A program made the translations under genes and the position numbers. Positions 11,472-23,300 of a stretch of DNA of 64,000 bases are shown in pieces (within the stretch, counting starts at the first letter, position 1; each line of letters begins with the position of its first letter). Source of the DNA: Bispira polyomma (taxonomy: Eukaryota); NCBI GenBank assembly GCA_965649765.1, contig OZ287752.1, positions 10,664,001-10,728,000 on the forward strand, in the 5' to 3' direction. The notes under the pieces are model-generated. The model worked only from the letters and a program-made list of their open reading frames with translations. It did no database searches and was not told the DNA's origin.

Positions 11472-14400
11472 TCTGTCCTCTGTTATCAATTCTTCTTTTC
11501 TTGATGTACTCCTTGTTTTATACTAATTGAGAAAAGCTGATACATATTTAAATAATTTATTTAATTATTTTGAAATACGGCCAAACAATACTGCATTCAA
11601 TATTTGGCAGATATAAGATGAAGGAAAAAGAAAAAAAAATTCTCAAGAGAAAATATATATAAATATAAGTAATAATATGTTAGGTGCTAGTTCTTTTTTG
11701 GTTAATGGCATTATAACTATAAAACTATTTTGAGATATTCTAAATGCCACACAATAGAATTTCCTCACATTTATGTTACATGGCTCTAGCTACTAAAAAT
11801 CTACTCCAGCTACATCATAGCACTCAGAAAGTAACGTTAAGGGCGAAAAAAAAAAATTAAAATGAAAAAAGAAATACATAAAGTAAAAGCAGTAAAAATA
11901 ACCTCATAGCAACAGCAGTTTTTTTATATTGACTAAATACTAAATAGAAAGTGGTTTAAAAAAAAAATATTTATCAAATAACGGACATAAAACACCCAAT
12001 TAGGTAAGAGTTAGTTTAAGTGGTCAGCAGTTAGTAATTGTGTAGGCAAGTTAGTAAGACAAAAGTAAAATAGTGTATATGTCGCATAGAAATTGTTTTG
12101 TGCTTTGTTATTAGTAGGTCGGCAGGTAATGTTAAAATGCACTAACTGTAACAAAATTAAACTATTCTGCCATATTAAAGGGTTAGGTCTATTGCCTGTT
12201 ATCTACTATCACAGAATTAGGGGGTTATAGTTTTAGTCCTAAAGTTTAGTGGTCATCATTTTTTTTTATTCCAAAACAAAATATTCACGTGCTGAACTAT
12301 CCAACAAAATCTGAAAAAAAAATTAAATCTACAAAAATTCAATTTACATTAAACACTTGTGTGGACTTTCCCTTATGCAAACACGTTAGTCTGTCAGGAT
12401 AGTTGGACAATTGACTTCCTACGCAGTACATGAGTTTCTAATTCAGGCATAGACACAACACTTCTCATCTTTCTTAACGTACGGCTCCAGAACCTCCATT
12501 ATCCAAACTGCTTATTATCTGAGTATTCAATTTGATGGACACACTGCACACTCTTCACAATTGACATATATTCATTTTTGTTGTATAGTGAAATTACTCT
12601 TTAAGATTTTTATTTCTACATTTTTGTTGTATAGTGAAATTACTCTTTAAGATTTTTATTTCTACAAACATTTTAATACAAAATCTTACCCCTGGAACAA
12701 GTTTGGATATAATAGAGATTCTACAGTTTTTCATCAAATTGAACCCTTTTTTTATACGAGATAAGCTATTTCCAGCAAATGCTAGTACCAACAAGTGTCA
12801 GTAAAAATATTTGGTCATACTAAGTTGCTGTGAAATAACAGTTAACTATACATAGTGGTCCCCGTTTGATATTATTATTGACGCTCTCAATAAAACGTCA
12901 AACCCAAGATGGCATGGATATCGATTCAGGTCACAACCCCAAATATTTCTCAACATTAGAAATAAACATTCTGGTACATTCTGGTCCACTATAAGCAACG
13001 AAAAATGAACATGTTAAAACTATCAAGTTATGGACAATAAATTTGCATTCAATGTGATGAAATAACAGAGAAATAGTCATCAAAAACAAGCTTGATTTAA
13101 AAACACTCTCCATAGTGCCAACAAGAACAAACCGCATAAGTCGGAATTATTACAAAGCCAGCTCAAGCCAATCACATACTAGGTAACAGAAGAATTCTTT
13201 TATGATTTTAACACAACAAACATTTGTGTCCTTGATTCCGATTAGTTCAAAACTATGGTAAAATCTAGGACATACGATGTATTCTAGCATGTTGTCGATG
13301 CCAAAATAAAAAGCTTCCTCGAGTAAGATGATTTTCTTTTTTTTGAAAGATGATTAAATTTTAAATGCTGCACGATTTAGGGAATACACTTTGATCTATT
13401 ATGTTAGAATTGTAATAAACAAATTACAGAAACACAGTGAATTTTAGCACTTTTTGAGTCGTATAAACAACCAGGAATCACCTTTATGTTCCTACACCTC
13501 CAATTGTGGTAAAATTCCCCACATGTCCTTGTTTTCTCATGAATTTATGTCTTAAATACTATGCTGTAGCATACGTCTTTGCTGGTGCTGTATCTCACTT
13601 ACAATATGTAGGACTCTGGATCAATGCCATTATTTAGAAGCCATAGTTCCTAGTTACCATATAACCACGAACAACAAAAGGTTAAAAAAACCACAGAAAA
13701 CATAACCACAGTGGGCATTTCCAACAAAATCTACCTGACTTTTATAACAACACAGTAAATCACTTGAGGTATCTACCCAAGAAAAAACAAAAATGAAGAA
13801 AAAACATGCAACTTGACCCTATCCAACTTCAAGTTCTGTGCCAATTTGTTACTGTTGACTACTATTTTATACTTGGTCGTCTTAATCAACCACCTCAGTT
13901 AGCATAAATTGCATATAATGTGAATAAAATAACCACAATGTACAGAATTAGTACAGATACAGAAACTTTATCTTGTTACAGATAATTGAACAGCAAGTAA
14001 AAATCACATCTACACATACCACACATAGTTTAGGTTTATTACCACCAAGTTACGCTACCACCCAAATCTTGTTTAGTGGAATCCGAATACCCAATTAACC
14101 TAGAAATAGGATGCCCTGTTAAGAGTAGCTGCAACATATGAAAAGAAAAAGGATAGCATAGAAGTACACACATTAGCATGTGTAATGTCCACCCCATGAA
14201 CCTTTTGGAACAATTGCACAGTAGTCTTACAGGAATGTTTTGTTTGTAAAATATATCAACGATGCTCCAAAATTTATTAGTATACATGTAAATTATTTCA
14301 ACTGCACAGACAAAATGTCGTCGGACAAAATACCGAGGGGACAAAACGGCAGTCAAAATTGCAAGGGGGACAAAATGCTGTCTAACTAAATGGTACATAA

Positions 14401-14669
14401 CACATTTACACAAGCACTGCATAGTAGTGTACACCATGTAACAGATTCCTGAAAAAAGCCCATCAGGAAAAATGTCCATCAAGTGAATCCCATCAGCAAA
14501 AAATCCCATCAGGAAAATTGGCCATCAGCTAAAGTGATGGGTGGGAAAATTGGCCATCAATTTTGCAAAATTTCTTCACAACAGATAATTTAACTATTAT
14601 TTATAAAAATCAGATGTAAGGTAATGATAAACTACATTTACAATTGATTTAGGTATGTGAGAGTAATAA

Positions 14670-15280
14670 CAAATTGCTCTATCTCGCACGGTTAAGGAGA
14701 TAGAAGCAAATTTGTGTTTTTCCAGTTTTGGCAAAAATTCGAAAATTCAAAATGGCCGCCATTTTTGGGGAGAGGAAACTTTTTTGAAAATTGCCTATAG
14801 TACATTTCTTAGATACCCTGTGGGTCTAAAATTTCGACGAAATCGCTCTATCTCGCACGGTTTAGGAGATAGACATATTTATGTTTTTTGCTATGTAGCT
14901 ATTACTACTAAAAGTAGCTTAGCTATTGCTGAGTCAGTTATACAGCTATTATCACTAAAAGCAATCCCAAGCAAGCTATTGACCTAACTATTGCTCATAC
15001 CAAATTTGGTAAAGATATGTCAAATATTTTTCCTTAAAATGCCCGGAAACAAAAGAAATACATAAAAGTAAGTAAGTAGCTATTACTCAGTTAGCTATGG
15101 AGCTATCTTCACCAAAAGCAATCCCATGCAAGCTATTAACCCAATAAACACCCATACCAAATTTGGTAAACATAGGATAAATACTTTTCCTTGAAATGAC
15201 CGGAAACCAAAAGTGACGGACGGCGGACGCCGGAAAAAGCAAAAATAATATGTCCACCCCCCACTGAGGTGGACATAATT
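14670..15280. mobile_element. Helentron/HINE-like non-autonomous element(s)
   Basis: Internal tandem units (gctctatctcgcacggtt; gcaatccca..caagctatt..ccaaatttggtaaa), a gacggacggcggacg microsatellite and terminal hairpin tatgtccacc/ggtggacata at 15249-15277. Confidence 0.65.
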
Positions 15281-17250
15281 AAGCTTCATTTATTGCACAA
15301 AACAATTTTGTACCTCACAAACAAGACTATTGACTATTCCTTCCAAAATGATAAAACAGACAATATTTTCATGCTACAACACTGCATACACGTGTATGAT
15401 TATTATTAAGATTTTCTCATCACAATGTATGATGGTTCACCATATTTTTGGCCTATAAAGCAAATAATTAACACTAAGTCTACGTTTCCATGTCGGCAAC
15501 GGCGACCAGCTGACGTCTGACGGACAAGAGGCAATTTTTACGTTTCCATACAATAAATTTGAGAAAAATAGATACCTGTATTTTAAACTTTAAATATTTT
15601 AGCCATTTCTCAACTGATTTTGATGCAACAAAAAGTACAATATACCCAATACAATAACCTTTCTCACGATATTTACACAAAATTTTTACCTTTAGTAATT
15701 TCTGTCCAACATTGTGAAAACATCTGTTCGTTTACAGACAATACAATTTAACCTCTATTTAAGACCCAAAAAATTTATACGGGCCGAAATATGAGATAGG
15801 CCGAAAATACAAGGATTGACTCTAACATTTGTCAGGTTTTTTTCTGAAGCCATCTTTGTTTCAAAGTGGAGTGTACTAAATCGACCAAGAATCGGGTAGC
15901 CAGCAAGAAACCACCCAGGTAGAAATACCAGTAGACATTGTGAGAGCCCTACAAGATACATACTATTACTGATCAGCGCTTGAGATAACATAGTTACCAA
16001 ATATACATACATGTACACCACACACTGGGCTAAACTTAGATCAGCCAAACTGATGATTACGTTAAGTCATTATTACTGTTCTTACCCTGTGGAAAATACA
16101 CACATAAAACGACACTATCATACATATTGGTCTTAACATCCTAAACCAGACTGTGGAACTTTCAACTGTAGTTATAACTCAACCTCCTTGAAAAAAAAAG
16201 TTTTTAACATCTTAAAATTTTCATTTTAAATTTAAAGTTTTCTATGAAGAAATAAAACTCCCACTGAGAATATTTTACATAGTTTATAACTTTTTCTTTC
16301 ATTACATTTTAATCATTACTCAAACTTATAACTAATCCATAAGCATTACTCAAACTTATAACTAATCCATAAACTGTCTGTCACTGAATCAAGTCAGATC
16401 TATTATCTATAAAATTGACCTTGTTAAATCAAACTAATGTAGTTACACGTCACACTTTATAACAACAAAAGCCCCTGAAACGTGTGTGAACCAGTACTAT
16501 ACATTAAATATGTTTGAGTACTAATCAGGATAACCTTAACTAAAGGTTAATCATAAACCCATTCAACACACAAAAACCCAACAGAGTCCTGACAGTGTCT
16601 TTAATTAGTTAACAAAAGCATTCGGTTGATATTTTACCTGACACACGCGAGATATGCCAAATAGTAAATAGATTCTTGTAAATAATTACAATAATTACAG
16701 CTATTTGGATATATACACAAATCAAAACTTAACAAATGATTGTTTTATAGGACATACAGAAAAAGACAGCATCTCTTTGATCACCATCCATCAAGTGATA
16801 AAACACATCATGATTTGATAGTATACAAACAAGATTCCAGCCCTGAAAAAGTTGTTCAACAAGTGTCAGTGTCCCAAACCTGGATTCAGTAAAGAAAACA
16901 CTGAACATAAAGCCAGAAAGTATATGTACAACTTACATTACACACTTGTTCTTTATAATTGTCTTCATAACAATCTATATATTTCTTCAGTTGTTTTTTT
17001 TTTTAATATCATTTTTTTTTTCTCTTTAATTTTAGCACACACACACATCCCTAAACAATAATGTCTAAACTAACATAGGTTTTCACTGCAAACTTCCCTT
17101 CACTATATACATACATATATATTTATATATATAAACGTATGTACGCGTGTCTCACACAGTCTCCACCCTCTCTCTCTAGTTTATACACACAGTTTGCCAC
17201 AGTCTATGGATGATAATGGGTTTACAGGTTTGGTATGTGTATGCCGACAT

Positions 17251-17315
17251 TCAGTCTACCGACACTTCTTCTACAGCCTCGCATTTAGGGAGGTTCGTGT
17301 GCTGCGTCTCTGGAC
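17251..17315 (-). CDS. NDRG-like terminal exon H: GPETQHTNLPKCEAVEEVSVD*
   Basis: tttttctag phase-1 acceptor, GC-richer open frame to TGA at 17251-17253. Confidence 0.65.
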
Positions 17316-20300
17316 CTAGAAAAATTTGAAATTTGCATTGTAAGTAGAATTTTTTTAAATTAAAATACTTACCTCGTCCTAACATGACCATCAACTATAT
17401 AGCAAGTGTTAGGACGAGGTAAGTCTATCTTTATGCAAATAACATATACAATGCACAACTTCTACATTTGGATGAAATCTTTAATGATTTTGATTAGCTG
17501 TCTAAATTCGACAGTTTTCTTCCATCAATCATGCCAAAAGAATAGTGTAACATGTACCTGATTTAAAATACAACTTGAATTTTTATTGAGAAAGGTATTA
17601 TTAAAAGGTTATAGAAGCCCCCATAAAAAGAAGGTTAAAACTAACAAATTTAGGAGACTCAAGGCTATTTAAGGCTTTCAGACATGACAAGCTTGAGTCG
17701 CGGATTCTGGGTGGTTCAAAAGTAAATTATAACATAAAACTTCTATACTTGGTTAAAATCATAACAATTTGATAGCCTTCCAAATTTGATATATTTCACT
17801 TTAATCTAAGTCGACTTCAAGTATAATGAGCTAGCTATATTCCTTGCCATATAGACAGACCTATAATGATCTGGGCTGACCTGATGGAACACAGATGTCC
17901 TTTGATTAAGCATTCTTCACATTTTGGAGAAACTTTAAACATATGTTCAAAATGATAGCCGAAATTGAAAGATTGTGCATACTATTTATTGTATTATTGT
18001 ATATGTTTTTAACGTGCTCTATTTATGCGAAGCAACAGGCGAATCAATCAACCTATCATCTGCCCTACAACAAAGCCTGGGTCGTCCTCAGTAGGCAATG
18101 GCCTGTTGTCATCTTGCCCAAGAGACGTTATCCCAACAATAAACCTTGAGACATTAGCAAGAGTCAAACTGGGGATCTTGCGAACAACAGACCAACTCCC
18201 CCACTGGGAGTCGAACTGGGGACTTTCTGGTCACCAGACTAACTCCCAAACCACTAGGCCATGAGAGATGGCGACTGCTAGGAATGATAAGAAATGTAAA
18301 CGGTAAAATATCAAAAATATCAGCCAATCAGAATCAAGGTAATTAGATTGTACCCTGTGCTCCTACCTCAGGGATGGAGTACTTAGCAAAGATAAATCCC
18401 ACACCCGCCAGCGTTACGAAAAATGATTTTGCACAGTGCAGTAGGAGATATACCAAATGTGCCAATTATGCAGATGACATAATCAAACAACATCCGAGAG
18501 GACGATACCACACTTGACCTAGTTTTACTCCTCAAAGGTCAAATTTGAATGCAAAGTTTTTTGGGCCAAACTCTTGTAATTCTCTTAAGACGACATGCTT
18601 TTCAACCTTGTATGTTGGAAAGATCATCATATCAAGCTTAACATCAGCAAAACTAACTCCAATCCTGGCCTCTTTAGCATTTATCGCCAGATCCAGAATA
18701 AGCCGATCTGCATGAACATAATGACCTTGTAATATACCAATCCTAGCCCAATGAGTTTTACATATCCAGATGTAAATACATGTTCATCAACACACTGGAC
18801 TTGATATTTAATACACAGACCACAGATTTGCTCAATAAGTTCTATGATGCATAACATTTGAATGGGTTACTATTTTCATCTTCACCTCAATGATATTATG
18901 CCCCAAACTTAACTTCACAATTAAAGATTCTTGTGTTCAATACTTATAATTTAAAATTTTGCACATTTATTTAAATTTTAAAATTTCATAAATTAACTCT
19001 TCTTTTTTTTAAACATTTTCTTTTCTTTCAGGTTTCAACTTGATACAATCTACATTGAAAACAATTTCATTGCTTTATTTATGCAAACTTGTGTATAACT
19101 TTGCTTTGGCTAATTCTACACTGTTGATGAAACATATTATTCCAATTTTACATTATTTAAAAAAAAAAACACCAATACCTACGCATTTTTCCAAACAAAA
19201 CAAAACCTGCTTCATGCCCTCAAATAGCGAACATTCTACTCAATCTAATATGTATAAATTAAAAACAATCAATATCTGTCATCAATCCTTGGCTCTGACT
19301 AAAGAAAAAATACACTTTAAAACTAAAGCTTTTAAACAGATACACGATTAACTACTGGGGGTAAATAACTAAATAACAAAAAAAAAAAGTCAGGAACATG
19401 CTAAAACACAAACCATTGCCGTTGGCATCACCTCCGGACAGACTGCGAGTGCGTGCATACTTGGGTTGGTCTGCTTCCTCCATGGAGAGAGTCCTGATAC
19501 GCGGCATTGCCCGCTTCACATGGGCCATGGGGATGGAGGAGACTGTACATAGAGAGACGACAGGAAGTGGGGGGGGTCAGAATCACACACACACACCCAG
19601 CCAGACAGACACACAGACACACACACACATAGCCACACATGTACACAGGGTATAACATAAAGTGGGGGCGGTAGTCAAAAAACAAATTGGTCGATTTTTT
19701 CCATAAACTCACACCTACTAAATTTGTTTGACAGAATAAATATAGTCCCATTTAGTTTCATTCAAAACATTACCCCTTGTAATATTGTTACTACTGATAT
19801 GGGTGGATTACAAAGACTGTTTAATGGATGTACATATAAAACATTTTTATTTGTGGTTTGAAACAATCGACCCAGTTGACGATACCGACCCACCATTTGT
19901 TAACCTGTGTACAACAGGTAGAGAAACTATATTATCCAAAGTTCAACGATATACAGTACACATCACTGCAATGTTCTCATATCCACAGAATTTGATTCTA
20001 ATTATGGCTAAACTTTTTGGGAAATACAAACTTGGTTCCATTCATAGACAAATTTGACCTGTACTGGTTCTATGACCACCATCCGCCCACCAATTTTTGA
20101 TTTTTTGGAAAAAAGCTTAGGTTTTGTCGTTCCTTAGAATTCTTGTACGAAGATTAAGCGCTATAAAAGAATGATCAGATTAGATTAGATTCTAGTTACA
20201 GAGAATCAACCATGGTTTTAAAATGTTCAAATTTGATTTAACTTTTTTTTAAGATGTGCCTCAAATATATGTATGTAAAATGCCTCTTCCTATTTTATCA

Positions 20301-23300
20301 ATTGTTTTGCATGATGGATGTTCTACTGGATAATTGGGGCAATTTCCCGTTTTTTTTTTCCTTTGGATAATAGAGATTAATCTATTGTATATAATATATA
20401 TACATGTCTATATAAAAAGCCAGGCCCACAACTCTACAAATTGACAATAGTAAAAGCACACAAAAACATTATCCACAAAAATAATTATTAATTGCAACTC
20501 CAGACAGCTAGCCACAAAAGTAGTACGTGATGTGTGGTTTCGCTTAAATTGAAATCACCAGATTGATGTTTTAACTAGGAATTTAGTGAAATGAGCCTAA
20601 GATGAATGTCAATTGAAAATTTCAACAAATAGATCTAATATCCGAGTATGTGGAGACAAAATTACAGGCATTAAAAATATATTGGTGTTTTGGCAAAACC
20701 ACAAGCAGTGAACTTTTGGTGCATCAAGTCTTGAGGTCTAAATTCACTATATAATATTGGTGCTTTTGAAATTATGAAAAGATGAACAATTTAGCATGAT
20801 GATAATTTTGTTAAATTTTTACATTAAAACTTTAATCTCATTCATTGAAATTTTCTTTATAAATTATTCCTAGTTCCATTACTAGGCCAATATGTATACA
20901 ACACCAATACTTGACGTGAATACAAGCCTCTAACGTTAATATACACTAACAAAAGACACACAAGTATATAATCATATACACATATGTATGCCATAAGTAC
21001 TGAATCAACACATGATCTAACTCAACTAAAATATAAAAACAAAATCAATTTAAAACACACACAACATCTTTATTGCATTGTAGCTTGATGCAGCAAGATT
21101 CCAGTGAATCTAAGGCAGTTGTCATGGTAACAAACCTTATCTGGAGGTAATGGTTGTCATGGTAATAAAACTTATCTTGAGATAACAGTTGTCATGGTAA
21201 CAAACCTTTTCTGGAGGTAATGGTTGTCATGGTAACAAACCCTATCTAAAGATTATGGTTGTCATGGTAATAAAACCTATCTGGAGATAAAAGTTGTCAT
21301 GGCAATAATCCCTATCTGGAGATAATGCTTGTTAGGGTAATAAAACCTAAAAAACTGGAGAAAACAGTTGTCATGGTAATAAACCCTATCTGAATATAAT
21401 GGTTGTCATGGTAACAAACCTTATCTGTAATAAACACTGTTTTTTGTATGGTACTACGTAAATTTAGATGAGTAAGTCAAAGTGTTTTTAGCTGTTTGTG
21501 ATTTTGACACTGACAAGAGGACATCACTATTAATTACTGTCCAGAAAGTAATGCTAGAATCACTGCTTCAAACTAGATGCAGTTTTTGGCCTCTAAGGTA
21601 GTATGCTACCATTTTTTCTATCCTACAGATTTTCAAAAAATTTTTAGCTATAAGAGATCAAATAATAGACAAACCAAAAATTAAAAAAAAGTACACGTTA
21701 CCGCGCTATTTTTCAAATTACATGAGGATCAAAATGATATGTTCCAATTCCACTTCCCCTATTGAAAATACAGGGAAATAGAGCTTCTAAGACCATGACT
21801 TAAGATAAAATGTACAATAAAAGAAGTTTTAACCCACAGATTTTGTGTATTTTTTTTTACATTTGCTATGATGTATGTATTAATAAATCATAATGAAAAA
21901 AATAGGGGTCACCAGACTCATTTTCATTTCACAAGCCACAATAGTAGGTAATTTTACTAGTGAAATCTGAAAAATCCCTTGGTCAGTCATGTAGTATTTA
22001 CATTGAAGTTACAATTCTTGACTAGGCATAATTACAATCATAGGAGTATGGATCACCACTGTATGTTTTCTGTTGGTGTTTAATCCAAATAACATTTAAT
22101 TAAGTATAAACCTAAATTTAATTTTTGGCGCCATATTTACACACCAGGAACAACGTTCAAATACTTTATGATATCAAGTTCAACCAATAGGTCATGTCAG
22201 TCTAATTTGCACTCAACAAAATGGCGATTTTTTATTAATAACTCAGAAATTACTGAAGATAAAAACTACATGAAAATAAGGTGAGAAAGCTTATTTTATT
22301 GCGATTCCTGCGCTGTTCGTTGCATCAAAATCTGTTGATAAACGGCTAAGATATTGAAGCTTAAATACAAGTACCCAGCTTTCATAAGCAGGACGGTAGT
22401 ACAGGTCGGCAGTACAAATACTGGGGAATCCCTGTAATGTTTGTGCCAGTCGCTAGGTGGCGCAAAGAATAGCCGCGAACTATGTTAAATCCAATAAAGA
22501 GTCCAACTGGGAAATTATGTATTACTACTACTATTATTTAAGTACTCTAGTGGTAAACTCAAGAAGGCTTTCACTCCATAAATGTACTGGAAAGTATTCA
22601 TCTTATATTTTATTTTAATATCGTAATGCCCCCAGCCCTCCCCCCCCCCCACCCCAAAACTCAAAACTTAACCAGACAATAGTGACTGGGCTCTTGTAGA
22701 TTTCAGTACAAACTTTTTCCTAGCTTTATATAGGATATTGAGGGTGGTCTCTACCGGGAAAGCGTGGGTTGTACTGAGAGAGTTTGGTGTATCTTTTTCT
22801 GGCAATACTCTTATTGACGTATTTTTTTTTTTTCACTGTACTAAACTAGAAAGGGAACTGGAGGTGGGCGTTGTTGAGGGAGGGGTGTAGCCCTGCAGCA
22901 TTGTATTTCTCAATTGACGCATCTGAAGGAATCATTTGCTCCCTAATTTGGGAGCCTAAAAACTGGACAAGGAAGCCGTTAGTGTTGGCAAATAGCTTAA
23001 CAAATTTCATTGTCTGCAGTCTAGTTTTTTTCTCATTACTATGTATATTGTTGTGAGTGTCAGAGGGGGAAGGGAATCTGATACTTGTCAAACCTGTCAA
23101 ATTTTTTTCAGAAACTAAAGTAAAGGAAATGAAGACCAAATCATACATAATAGTATTTTTCTCAAAAATTTGCTATGGGTTTTACAGTGTTGCAAATTTT
23201 AGCTATGCGGCTCCCCAAAAAATCTGTAGTGACTAGTAAATAATGGGATCTACTGTAGTGGTATTACCTAACCTCCACCAGGGAGGTGATGTTTACGACT

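Noticed and set aside
17365-17375. ATACTTACCT identical to the U1 snRNA 5' end
   Set aside because: The downstream sequence does not resemble U1; it is simply the complement of a donor site.
19428-19751. 107-aa minus-strand ORF from the track
   Set aside because: Wrong frame over exon G2 plus UG-repeat intron; the homologous frame is VSSIPM...SMEEAD.
21116-21428. CRISPR-like periodicity (also 63811-64000)
   Set aside because: Head-to-tail units without unique spacers, eukaryotic context, no cas genes.
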